Source: the human T2T-CHM13v2.0 reference genome, Homo sapiens. Taken from it: a stretch of 64,000 nucleotides of DNA. The DNA lies in assembly GCA_009914755.4 (NCBI GenBank), contig CP068257.2, positions 7,488,001-7,552,000 of the forward strand. Direction: 5' to 3'. The stretch's first letter is position 1. The number at the start of each line of letters is the position of its first letter. A program made the position numbers and the translations under genes. Shown here piece by piece: positions 35,601 to 48,090 of the stretch. The notes under the pieces were generated by a model. It did no database searches and was not told where the DNA came from. It saw only the letters and a program-made list of their open reading frames with translations.

Positions 35601-38600
35601 AACCAATTTGGAACCTGCTTCTACACTGTCAGCTATCTTTGTTGCAGCCTGGCGATATGGTAAAAGAAGAAAAGTCCATTATCAGGGGAAACATCAAGAT
35701 GGCCTCCAATATTTGCATTGAATAAAGCTCAGCGCTAATAGCCAAGAGAATGGGGGAAACGCCTAGAAGTCATTTCATAACTTCACTTCACAGCATTAAT
35801 TTTCTGTATCTACATAAAGAAAAGAGGTCTAATTGACTCACAGTTCTTCAGGCTGTAAAGAAAGCATAGTGGTTTCTGCTTGTAGGAGGACTCAGAAAGC
35901 CTCCCAATTATACCAGAAGGCCAAGCGGCAATGAAATATTTCATATGGCAGGAGTAGAAGCAAGACAGAGAGAGGAAAGAGGTGAGACATCCTGTTATAC
36001 AACTATATCTCATGAGAGCTCACTATCAGGAGATCAGCATCAAGAAGATTGTGCTTAACTGTTGGTGAAGGATCCGCCCACCTCCCCATATCCACCACCC
36101 ACTGTTTCCAAGCAGAAGCCTGAGGCAGAGACAGATCCCCTTGGAAAACCTCTACTAGGGCAGTACAGAAGGAAAATATGGGCTTGGAGCCCCCACGCCA
36201 CCATCCTCCAGACCCAAGAGTCATGGACCCACCAACAGCTCACACCCCCAGTATGGAAAAGCTTCAGGTACTCAACACCAGCCCAGCCCATGAGAGCAGC
36301 AGCAGGTGCTAAACCCTGCAAAGCCACAGGTGCAAAACCACAGGTGCACTGCCTTAGTAGAGGTTTTCCATGAGCCTCTGCCTCTGTGGCAGGCTACTCC
36401 CTTCCTGCTACACACCACCCTACAGCCAGCCTACTCCTCCCCCCCTTACCCACCTGTTTTTACTTCCAACCCCACCCATCTCCCATCCATGAATAAGTCA
36501 CCTCTCACCAGTCCCCACCTGCAACATTCGGGATTACAATTACATGTGAGTTTAGGTAGGGACACACAGCTAAACCATATTATTCTGACCCTGATCCCCC
36601 AATATCATATCCTTCTCACAGAGTAAAATACAATCATGCCTTTTCAAAAGTTGCCAAAAGTCTTAAGTCATTTCAGCATTAACTCGAATGTAAAAAGTTC
36701 CACGTCTCACCTGAGAAAAGGCTACAGTCCCTTTTGCCTATAAGTCCCTGAATTTAAAAGGGAGTTCTTTTCTTTCAAGGTACAATGATGGTACAGGCAT
36801 TGGGTAAGTTTTCTCAATCCAAAGGGTAGAGGTTTGCCAGGAAAATAACACAAATGGGATCACAGGGCCAATGCAAGTCCAAAACCCAGGAGACCAGTAT
36901 CCATTAAATCTCACAGCTCCAAAACCATCACGAGAACTCACCATCATGAGGAAAGGATTAAGGAGATGGTGTTTAACTATTTGTGAGGGATCATCCCCCC
37001 ACCCCCACTTTTCACCCCTCACCCCCAGCATAATCCACCCATCCTCCCCAGTCTCCACCTTCCAACACCCAGTTCCCTCCATGATTAAATCACCTTCCAC
37101 CTGGCCCCAATTTTAACATTTCTGATTACAATTCCACATGAGTTTCCATAGCGACACACAGCCGAATCTTATTATTCTGTCCCTGCCTCCCCAAATCTCA
37201 TGTCCTTCTCATTTTGCAAAATACAGTGATGCCTTACTTACAATTCCCCAAGCCACTATGCTTTTTTTTTACAGCCTGCAGAACCATCAGCCGATTAAAC
37301 CCCTTTTTGTTATGATCATACAGAAAATTAGTACTGTGAAGTGAAGCTATGAAATGCCTTCAATGACTTTTCCCCATCGTCTTGGCTAAGACCTCCAAGG
37401 TCTTAACTCATTCCAGCATTTACTTCAATGTCTGAAGCCCAAAGTCTCATCTGAGACAAAGATGCAGTCCCTTCTGTTCCTGAGCCTCTGAAATACAAAG
37501 CAAGTTAACTATTTCCAAGGTATGATTGTCCAGGCATTGAGTAAGAATTCCCACCCTAAAGGAAGATTTTTGCCAGAGAGAACAACGAAACACAAACGGG
37601 ACTTACAGGTCCCAGGAAAATCCAAAACCCAGCAGGCCAGTTACTCAAACCTACAGCTCCAAAGTCATCCTTTTTTAATCCTTGTCCCACATCCAGGGCA
37701 CAAGGGCATGAGGGCTGGACTCCCAAGGCCTTGGGCTGGTCTGCACCTGTGGCTTTGCAGTTTTCAGTCCCCACAGCTGCCCTCATGGGCTGTGCTGGTG
37801 TTGAGTGCCTGTAGTTTTTACCCACAGAGTGTACAAAGCTCTTGGTGGGTCTATGAATCTGGGGTCTGCATATGGTGGCCTCCAGTGTGGGGGCTCCAAC
37901 CCCCTATTTTCCTTCTGCACTGCCTTAGTAGAGGTTTCCCAGGAGGCTCTCCTTTTTTGGCAGCCTTCTGTCTGGACACCCAGGCATTTTCATACATCTT
38001 CCAAAATCTATATGAAGGCTCTGAAGCCTCTGGGCTAGTGCTCTATGGACTAGCTGGCTTAAGACTATGTGGAAGCCGTGAAGCCTTATAGCTTGTACCC
38101 TCTGAAGCAGTGATGCAATCTGTACCTGTGCATCTTTCAGCCAAGGTCGGAGCAGGAGCTGCGGCTGCTGGGATGCAGGCAGCAGTGTCCTGAGGCTGCA
38201 CACAGCAGCAGGGCCATGGGGCTGGCCCCAGAAACCATTCTTCTCTCCTAGGCCCCAGGGTCTGTGACACCAAGGGCTGCTGCAACCATCTCTGAAATGC
38301 CTCCAAGGCTTTTTCCCCCCATTGTCTTGGCTATTAGCACTGGCCTCCATTTTATGCAAATTTCTGGAGCCTTCATGAATTTTCCCCCTGAAAATCAGCT
38401 TTTCTTTTTGACCACTTGGCCAGGCTGCAAATGCTTCTAAACTTTTGAGCTCTGCTTGTCATTTAAATATAAGTTCCAACTTGAGGTCATTTCCTCGGTC
38501 ACACATAACCTCGGTCACACAAGAACACGGGCTGTTTGATGCAGACAGGATCCCCCTTGTGCTATGCTGCCTAGAAGTTCATTCCACCAGATATGCACTA

Positions 38601-41600
38601 AATCATCACCCTCAAGTTCAAAGTTTCACAGATCTCGAGGGCAAGGTCGCCCTGCAGCCATGTTCTTTGCTACAGCAAAACAAAAGTAACCTTGGCTCCT
38701 GTTCCCAGTAATTTCCTCATTTTCATGTGAGACCTTGTAAGCCTGGCCTTCACTGTCCATCCTTCTGCCAGCCTTTTAATCACAACTATTCAACAAGTGC
38801 CTACGATGGTCCAAAATTTCTTTCATCTTCCTGTCTTCTTTCAAGCTCTCCAAACTCTCCAACCTCTGGCTGTTACCCACTTCTGAACCTGCTTTACATT
38901 TTCAGCTATCTTTGTTGCAGCCTGACAATGTAGAAGAAAAAGAAGTCCATTTTCAGGGGGAAACTTCAAGAAGGCTTCAGATATTTGCATTAAAATGAAG
39001 TCCAGTGCTAATAGCCAAGACGATGGGGAAATGTCATTGAAGATATTTCATAGCTCCACTTCGCAGTACTTTATTTTCTGTATGATCATAATGAAAAGGG
39101 GTTTAATTGGCTCATGGTTCTGCAGGCTGTAAAGAAAGCATAGTGGCTTCTGCTTCTGGGAGGACTCAGGAAGACTCCCAATCATACCAACAGGAAAACA
39201 GCAATGAAATATTTCATACGGCAGGAGTAGGAGCAAGGCTGAGAGAGGAAAGAGGTGCCACACCGTTATATAACCAGATCTCATGAGAACTCACTATCAC
39301 TAGGTCAGCATCAAGAAGATGGTGCTTAACCATTGGTGAAGGATCCGCCCCCCAACACAGCTCCACCTCCTAGTGTTCCAGACAGAAGCCTGCTGCAGAG
39401 GCAGAGGCTCTTGGGAATCCTGTACTATGGCAGTGCAGAAGGAAAATAAGGGCTTTGACTGACTATGCAGGAGGCCACCATCCTCGAGACCCCAGATTCA
39501 TAGACCTACCAACAGTTCACACCCTCAGTATGGAAAAGTGATAGGCTCTCAACACCAGCCCAGCCCATGAGAGCAGCCATGGGGGCTAAAGCCTGCAAAG
39601 CCACAGGTGCACTGCCCTGGTAGAAGTTTTCCATGAGCCTCGGCCTCTGCAGCAGGCTACTCCCCCTTCCTAATATCCATCACCCTCCCACGGCCCTACA
39701 GCCAGCCTACTCTACCCCACCCTACCCACCCCTTTTTTCTTCCACCCCTACACCTCCCATCCATGATTAAATAATCTCCCACCAGGCCCCATCTCCAAAA
39801 TTTTGGATTACAATTCCACATGAGTTTTTCCAGGGGCACACAGCGAAATCATATTATGCTGACCTTGACCCCCCAAATATCATATCCTTTTCACAGAATA
39901 AAATACAATCATGCCTTTTCAAAGGTTTCCAAAAGGCTTAACTCCTTCCTGCATTAACTCAAATGTAAAAAGTTCTAAGTCTCATCTGAGACAAGGCTGC
40001 AGTCTCTTCTGCTTATGAGTCCCTGAAGTTAAAAGGGTGTTTGTTTCTTTCAAGGTACAATGATGGTACAGGTACTGGGTAAACTTTCTCAATCCAAAGG
40101 GAAGAAATTTCCAAGAAAAATAACACAAATGGGACCACAGGCCCAATGGACATCCAAAATCCAGTACGTCAGTGTTCATTCAATCTCACAGCTCCAAAGT
40201 CATGAAGAGAACTCACTATCAGAAGGACAGCATTAAGGAGATGGTGTTTAACCATTTGTGAAGGATCCACCCCCAGCCCTGCCTTTCACCCCCAACCCCA
40301 CCACAATCCCCTCCAACCCTCCCCACCCCCGATTCCCTCCAACCCTCTCCACCCCAGAATCCCCCCCACCCTCCCGGTGCCCCCAACCATCCAACCTCCA
40401 CTCTCCACCATGATTAAATCACCTTCCATCAGCCCCCACCTTTAACATTTTGCATTAACATTCCACATGAGCTTTGGTAGAGACAGAGAGCCAAAACCTA
40501 TTATTCTGTCTCTGGTCCCCCAAAGTTCATGTCTTTCTCACATTGCAAAATGTAATGATGCCTTCCCTAGAGTCTCTCAAATCTTAACTCATTCCAGCAT
40601 TTACTCAAATGCACAAAGCCCAGAGTCTTATCTGAGACAAGTCTACAGTCCCTCCTGCCCATGAGCCAGTGAATTGTAAAGCAAGTTTACTACTTCCAAG
40701 GTACAATGATTGTACAGGCAGTGGGTGACTCATAGGATACATAAGTGTCCAAAACCCAGCAGGCCAGTCACTTAATGCTACAGCTCCAAAATCACCATTT
40801 TTGAATCCTTGTCCCATATCCATGGCAGAGGGCTGTGAGGGCTGAGCTCCCAAGGCCTTGGGCAGATCTGCACCTGTGGCTTTGCAGCGTTCAGCCTCCG
40901 CAGCTGTCTCTCATGGACAGGGCTGTTGTTGAGTGCCCATAGCTTTTCCACAATGAGGGTGCAAGCTGTTTATGGGTCTATGAATCTGGGGTTTAGAGAA
41001 TGATGCCTCCCTGTGTGGGGGCTTCAACCCTATAGGTCCCTTCTTTGCTCCTCTAGTAGAGGTTCCCCATGAAGCTCTGCCTCTTGGAAAAGCTTCTTCC
41101 TGAACATCCAGGATTTTCTGTACATCTTCTGGAGTCTAGATGGGAGTTCTCAATCCTCTAATCTCTTTCTCTGTGCACCTACTGGCTTAACACTATATGG
41201 AAACCATCAAGACTTTGAGGCACCTCTGAAGCAATGACCCAAGCTGTACCTGTGCATCTTTCAGTCATGGCTGGTGCTGGAGCTGCACGGATGCTGGCAG
41301 CAGTGTCCTGCGGTTGAGCACAGCAGCAGAGCCATGGGACTGCCCTAGGAAACCATTCTTTTCTCCTAGGCCCCAGGGCCTGTGACAGCAAGGGCTGCTG
41401 CAGACATCTCTAAAATGCTTTCAAGGCCGGTTTCCCACTGTCTTGGCGTTTTGCACTGGGTTCCTTTTTATACAAATAACCTAAGCCTTCTTGAATTTTC
41501 CCCCTCAAAATCGGCTTTTCTTTTTGACCACTTAGCCAGGCTCCACATTTTCCAAACTTTAGATCTCCACTTGAAGTTCCAACTTGAAGTCACTTCTTAG

Positions 41601-43250
41601 GTCACCCATAAGAACACAAGCTGTTCAATGTAGGCAGAACACCTCTTGTGCTATGCTGCCTAGATGTTCATTTCACCAGATACATCCTAAATCATCACCC
41701 CCAAGTTCATAGTTTCACAGATCTCCAGGGCAGGGTCCCCATGCAGCCAGCTTCTTTGCTAAGGCCAATCAAATGTAATCTTGTCTCTTGTTCATAGGAA
41801 ATTCCTCATTTTCATCTGAGAACTTTTAGGTCTGGACTTCAGTGTTTACACTTTTGTCAGCCTTCCTATCACAAGTATTTAACAATTCTCTATAGTGGTC
41901 CAATATTTTCCTCATCTTGCTGTCTTCTAAGCTTTCCCAACTCTTCTGACCTCTGTCTTTTACCCACTTCTGAACCTGGTTCTACATTGTCAGCTATCTT
42001 TATCACAGCCTGGCAATGTGGTAAAACAGAAAAGTCCATTTTCAGGGGGAAAGTTCATGAAGGATTCAGATATTTGCATGAAAAGAAGCTGAGTGCTGGT
42101 TGCCAAGACAAAGGGGAAAGGGCCTTGAAGGCATTTCATGGCTCCACTTCATAGTACTAATTTTCTGCATGATCATAAAGAAAAGAGGTTTAATTGGCTC
42201 ACGGTCCAGCAGGCTGTAAAGGAAGCACAGTGGCTTCTGCTTCTGGGAGGATCAGATCAGGAAGCCTTCCAATCATACCAGAAGGCCAAGGGGCAATGAG
42301 ATGTTTCAAATGGCAGGGGTAGAAGAAAGACTGAGAGAGGAAAGAGGTGCCACCCCCTGTTATATAACCAGATCTCATGAGAACACACTATCATGAAGAC
42401 AGCATCAAGAAGATGTTGCCTAACCATTGGTGAAGGATTTGCCTCCCACCCCCACCTCCCACTGTTTCCAGGCAGAAGCCTGCTGCAGATGAAGCGTTCT
42501 TGGGAAACCTCTACTAGGGCAGTGCAGAAGGAAAATATGGACTTGGAGCCCCCATGCAGGGGGCCACCACCCTCCAGACCCCAGATACATAGACCCACCA
42601 ACAGCTTGCACCCTCCGTGTGGAAAAGCTACAGGCACTCAACACTAGTCCAGTCCATGAAAGCAGCCATTGGGGCTCAAACCTGCAAAGCCACAGGTGCG
42701 CTTCCCTAGTAGGGATTTTCCATGAGACTCTGCCTCTGCAGCAGGCTACTACCCCTTCCTACTACCCACCACCCTCCCACCACCGTACAGCCAGTCTACT
42801 CCCTCCCACCCTACCCACCCCTTTTTCCCTTCCACATCCACCCCCACCCATCCATGATTAAATCACTCCCTCCCTCTCCCTGTCATAATCTAATCCCTCC
42901 AAACCCTTCCAATCCTTGTTTGCTACCCACTACTGAGCCTGCTTCTACTTTTTCAGATATCTGTATAGCAGGTTGGCTATGTAGCAAGAACAAAAATCCC
43001 ATTTAAGGGGAAACATTCAAGAAGATTTCAGAAATTTGCATATAAAGAAGCCCTGTGCTAATAGCCAAAACAAAGGGAAAAAGGCCTTGAAGACATTTCA
43101 CAGCTCCTCTCTGCAGTTCTACTTTTCTGTATTATTGTAAATAAAAGAGGTGTAATTGACTCATGGTTCTGCAAGCTGTGAAGGAAGTATAGTGTCTTCT
43201 GTTTCTGTGAGGAATCAGGAAGCCTCCTCATTATATCAGAAAGCCAAGGG
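29627..43250. repeat. Macrosatellite-like array: four tandem higher-order units of 2.9-3.4 kb (SATR-like family), each with 2-3 internal ~450-bp sub-repeats
   Basis: The unit-head landmark ggcaatga(g/a)at(g/a)tttcatatggcag(g)agtag.agcaagacagagag(a/g)ggaaagagg...catgagaactcactatcagga occurs at 29,627, 32,499, 35,927, 39,201, 42,292 and 43,250, giving unit lengths of 2,872, 3,428, 3,274 and 3,091 bp. Units are collinear, with the same order of sub-blocks (e.g. gcacagg.tgtgtgatg.ctgg..t.ccaaggccttgggcagctctgcac.tgtggc at 31,020, 34,448, 37,700 and 40,830). Confidence 0.85.
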
Positions 43251-44700
43251 ACAATGAGATGTCTCCTAAAGCAGAAGCAGGAGGATGAGATCTGTTAAAC
43301 AACCAGATCTCATGGGAACTCACTCATTATCAGGAGTATAGCATCAAGGTGATGGTTCTTTATCATTCGTGAAGTATCTACCTGCACCATTTTATGACTA
43401 AATCTTTTTCCACCTAGACCTTGCCTGTAACATTACAAAATATAATTCCACATGAGTTTTGGTAGGGACATAGACAAAAACCGTATTATTCTGTCCTTGA
43501 CCCAATGAATCTCATGTCCTTCTCACATTGCAAAATACAAACATGCCTTGCCAGCAGTCTCCCAAATTCTTAACTCATTTCAGGATTAACTCAAAGTTAC
43601 AAAGTCCAAAGTCTCATCTGGGTCAAGGCTACAGTCTCTTTTGCCTATGAGTCTCTGAAATAAAAAGCAGGCATTGTGTAAGCTTTCCATTTCCAAAAGG
43701 AAGACATTTTCCAGAAAGCTTCTTATTTCTCTCTGAGACCTCCTCAGCCTGGCCTTCACTGTCCATGTTTCTGTCAGGATTTTTGTCACAACCATTGAAC
43801 CAGACTCTAAGATGGTCCAAAAGTTTTCTCATCTGTCTTCTTTTGAGCCCTCCAAACTCTTCCAACCTCCGTCCATTACCTGGTTCCAAAGCTGCTTCCA
43901 CATTTCCAGGTATCTTTATAGCAACGCTCCAGTCCTCATTTGCCATTTCCCGTATGATTTATTTTGAAAAAGAGGTTTAATTGGCTCATGGTTCTAAGCA
44001 CAGTGCTTCTGCTTCTAGGCCTCAGAAATCTTTCAATAATCATGGAAGGCAAAGAAAGAATCAATTGTCTCACATGGCAAGGAGAAAACACGGAAAGTGG
44101 GGAGGTGATATAGAGATTTCAGTGACTACATCTCATGAGAAGTTACTCATTATTGTGAGGATGGTACAAGGGGATGGTGCTGAACCATTCATGAGAAATT
44201 TGCCTTCATAATTCAATCACATTATACCAGGATCCACCTTCCACATTAGGAAATATAATTCAACATGAGATTCGGTGGGGACACATATTCAAATTGCATC
44301 ATCAATCTTTGAATATAAAGACATCCACAGCAGGCTTTATCCAGCCAACTTCTTTGAGACTCTTTATAGAGTTTTAAGTCTAGAGCATATACACTAAAAT
44401 ATTCATACTTCGAAAAGCAATAAAGTGGTATTATCATTTTTCCAAAAGTTACAGCAGTAGTTTAGGCATTCATAGTATGATTTAGTTCACGATTGCTACT
44501 GTTTCTATTCTATCACCATATTAACTGTTTCCTATACAATTCTGTATTCAACTGGATTTCAGTTGAGCACAAAACCATCCTTGTACTAGCTCTTTGCTAG
44601 TGTTATTATTCTGCTGTAGAAAGTATCCTTGAACTGGAAACCGTCCACGATCGAGTATCGAGTCATTCAACACTATCAATTCCTGGGTGACTTTTTGAAA
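43250..44700. repeat. Partial SATR-like unit, a paralogue of 14,990-16,560 with the same downstream junction to module X
   Basis: acaatgagatgtctcctaaagcagaagcaggagg...ctcatgggaactcactcattatcaggagtatagcatcaagg...ggtagggacatagacaaaaaccgtattattctgtccttgaccc is collinear with 14,990-16,560 and runs into the gaattggatggaagtggtgaatttcagccaaagtggcc module. Confidence 0.75.
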
Positions 44701-45425
44701 AAGTAGTATCTCTTGTTGCAAGAAATGCTGCATCTGTGAGTCCATGTCTCTCACTGGAATTGGATGGAAGTGGTGAATTTCAGCCAAAGTGGCCAAAGAA
44801 ATCCTGTTCCTGTGATTCTGACGTCATCAGCCTCTGCACCTCTGTCTTCCCTTCTGCCACATGTTGCCTGCTCTCCATGACTTTGGTAAGAGCTTCCTTG
44901 TGTATGTGGATGATGTCCAGGATGTTGGTCTGGTGTCCCTGAGACAGCACTAACAGGTCCATGGCTAGGTCCAGGTCCTTCCTGGACTGACTGGCAAAGA
45001 GCTCACTGACAGAGTGGAAGGCATCTATACTGAAGTGGATGGCCTGGTCCAGCTCCAAGGCCTGGCTGAGGCTGAAGAACTGTCAGGCTTCTGATGCTCT
45101 TTCTCAAAGCCTGCCACCACTCATTGGCTGTGAAGTTGAGCTGAGTGCCCTGTTGTCCATCTTCTTGGTGAAGCACTTGAAGCCGTCAATCTTGCTCTCC
45201 CATGCCTAAAAGTTGAGTGTCACACTGGGGGTGGGCTCAGGGCCAGGAAGAATCTGGCACTCACCATCTCATCCTTCTCAGCCTTCCTCTTGCCCTGTCT
45301 CCAGGCTATCTCTTCAGTGCTGGTGGAGCACATCAGGAAGTGACAAACAATGTGGCACTGCACCTGCATCCAGAAGCTGGCTGTGTGGTTCATCTACAAG
45401 ATTGGGCCCTTTCTGCACTTGAACA
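44700..45425. repeat. Module X, second copy
   Basis: Collinear with 16,560-17,290. Minus-strand ORF 44780-45058 (92 aa) matches ORF 16622-16804. Confidence 0.75.
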
Positions 45426-45429
45426 TAGA

Positions 45430-45590
45430 TCCACTTCACCATAGATGCCTTCCACACTGTCAGTGAGCTCTTTGCCCATCAGCCCAGGCAGGATCTGGAC
45501 CCAGTCATGGACTTGTTAGTGCTGTCTCAGGGACACCAGGCCAACATTCTGGACATCATCCACGTACACAAGGAAGCTCTTACCAGAGTC
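45430..45590. repeat. Inverted partial copy of module X. It forms a local palindrome with ~44,885-45,045 (arms ~160 bp, spacer ~390 bp)
   Basis: + strand catagatgccttccacactgtcagtgagctctttgcccatcagcccaggcaggatctggacccagtcatggacttgttagtgctgtctcagggacaccaggccaacattctggacatcatccacgtacacaaggaagctcttacc is the reverse complement of the minus-strand ORF region at 44,885-45,045. ORF 45507-45701(+) repeats the [24 protein letters not shown] peptide. Confidence 0.8.
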
Positions 45591-45599
45591 CTCCTCAAG

Positions 45600-46200
45600 A
45601 TGGCCTGTGGTCTGCCTCTTGGCACCCGAGAAGCCCACAGTGCTGTAGAAGCCCCGATGCTTGGACTGGAGCCCCAAAGGCGGCACACACCCCAGTTCTG
45701 AGCCTGCTGCTCATTTCCTCTATGTGGCTCCATTTGCAGCACATTTGTTGCACTGAGGCCTGTGCATGCCAGGCAAAGCCAAGCTGGCTCAAAGAGCAAC
45801 CACCCACCTCTGCAATGGTGTGCCAGGAGCCAGTGGACCAGCCACCAACGTCACTCCCTGCCAGTCAGGGTAAATCAGTTATTCTGCCCTGGAAGTGGAG
45901 CCCCAGTGCCATCTGCTTTTCCTCAGGCCTCCACTCCATCAGCTGTCAGGTGGTGGTCACTCAGACTGTGGGAAACTGGCCATCCCTGTTTCCTTGAGTG
46001 GGTGAGGTTGGTGACTGCTCCACCTGCTCCTGGCACACCCTTGCAGAGGTGGCTGGTTGCTCTTTGAGCCAGCTTGGCCTTGCCTGGAATGCACAGGCCC
46101 CAGGTACTGAGAAGCTGCTCCGAGTAAGTTTGTCTTGGGCCAAATTCTAAGTCTGGCCAGGGCCACAGAAGGCCGAGTCCCCTGGGTGGTAATCCTGGCT
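45600..46200. repeat. Partial copy of the 0.3-0.65-kb palindromic tandem repeat family seen at 17,290-19,890
   Basis: cctcaagatggcctgtggtctgcctcttggcacccgagaagcccacagtgctgtagaagccccgatgcttggactggagcccc...tgtgcatgccaggcaaagccaagctggctcaaagagcaacc...ccttgcagaggtggctggttgctctttgagccagcttggccttgcctggaatgcacaggcccc. Confidence 0.75.
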
Positions 46201-47039
46201 GCTGCAGGGGGGCCCATGGTGCCCCTCCCCTCCCAGGGCTCAGGATGAGGTCCGACTGGGACAGGATGCTTTAGGTATGGGACTTGTGCCCCAGGAGGGG
46301 ACCTCTGTCACACAGGTTGGGTGAGAAGATATATGGCATGCTGCTGGCTGCCAGGGCTGTTGGGATGCACGTTCACCCTTCCCTTCAGAGACCTCAAAGT
46401 GACCAGCTTTCCCTTTATGAATGACTTCCAAGGCCCAGGAGCCATTTGGGGCTGCAGAGCAGCTGGCTGCATGCTGCCCTGGCTTCTTCCATGTTGTGCT
46501 GGTCACTACCTACCAAGGGGGGTCAGATGCAGGCACAATGTAGGACGATTGTCTCTGGACCTGTGTCTTGGTTATCATGGAGCTAGACTGGGCCTGGTGA
46601 CAGGGCCCTGATGGGGTTGTCCTGTGTGGTCACGGAGGTGATCAGAAAAGATGCAGAATGGAATTGCTGCGAGGATGAATGAGATGACTGTCAGCACATA
46701 ACAGGCAGCTGGTGAGTGTTCAGGGATTACCCTCAGTAGCTGCCCAGAGGCCAAAACCACCCACCTGATAGTGACTTTTCCCAAGCCAGGAGGAAGAGAA
46801 AAGAGCAGGTCCCACTCACCTGAATCTGATCAGTGAGCTGTGTTGAGATGTGCCTCTCATCTAGAAAATGGTCCTTCACGCAGAGCTACTCACAGACACT
46901 GCTGTGTGTCTCTAACTGCTCCACAACACAGAGGCGATGGGGACTCAGCAACAGTGACATTGTGGGGTGACACAACCCACCACCATGGGAGTCTGCTTGG
47001 GTCAACAGGGCCCAGAGTCAGTGTCCTCTATCCCCTGAA

Positions 47040-47110
47040 CTGACATGTGTGTATGCAATGTATTTGTGTATGCATGTGTGCCTGTGTGTGTGTGTGTATG
47101 TGTGTGTTTG
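47040..47110. repeat. Imperfect (TG)n/(TGTA)n simple repeat
   Basis: tgtgtgtatgcaatgtatttgtgtatgcatgtgtgcctgtgtgtgtgtgtgtatgtgtgtgtttg. Confidence 0.85.
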
Positions 47111-47469
47111 TCTTGCTTCTCTGGACAGGCCTAGCTTCTCCACTCATGGGTGCACCCAGGTCCTCATCACTGTCACCTTAGAGCATTAGAGCCTCTATAG
47201 GTGCTCCCCAATCTCTGCCCTCCCCACCCATGGTGGTACTGGGGATGCAGACAGAGGAGGGGCACTGCATAATGCTGAGAGGGCTGGCACCCTCTCTAGG
47301 TGGAACACAGGTCATTTGTAAAGTTGTAGGTCTGCCAAGCAGTATTGGATTCAACACATCTTCTCACCTTCTCTTTCCAGCGACCCTCCAGGGTGCCCCG
47401 ACTCACTTTCCCTGCAGATGGAGGCAAGGAGGCTCCACAGACAACCCCCCTGCCTGAGGTCAGATAGTG

Positions 47470-48090
47470 GCCAGCAGGCCAGGTACTGACAAACTGCCCC
47501 TGACCAGGTTCCCAGTGATGAGTGATGAGACCCCTAATGACCACTCCTCCATTGACCAAGTCCCACTGATCAAGTCCCCACTGACCATGTCTTCCTAACC
47601 AGGCCCACACTTAATAGGCCTCATGGGCCAGACCCCACTGACCAATTTTCCACTGACCTGGTCCCCATTGACAAGACAGGGTTCCCACTGACAAGACCAC
47701 AATTTACCAGGTTGCTGCTCAACCGACCCCCCACTGAACAATTCTCCATGAACGAGTACCCAGCTGACTGAGCCCCCTCTGACCAGGCCCTCACTGACCA
47801 GGCCCCAAGCCACTAAGGCCCCACACTGACCAGGCCCGTGATATATTGTGTATGCCCCACCAACCAGTTTTTCATTGTTTATGTTCCAACAGATCAGGCC
47901 CCACTAATAAAGCCACCACTGACTAGGTCCCCCCACTGACCAGGCTTCCAATGACTAGGTCACCAGGTCCCCACTGAGGAGGCCGCCACTAACCAGGCCC
48001 CTGCTGATCAGGTCCCAAATGATCAGGTCCTGATGACCAGGTCATCTCTGACCATGGTCCACTGACCAGGCCCCAGAGCAACGGGGTTCA
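47470..48090. repeat. (CACTGACCAGGYCY)n degenerate minisatellite, copy B
   Basis: ggtactgacaaactgcccctgaccaggttcccagtgatgagtgatgagacccctaatgaccactcctccattgaccaagtcccactgatcaagtccccactgaccatgtcttcctaaccaggcccacacttaatagg... with the same ccactgaccagg core periodicity. Confidence 0.75.
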
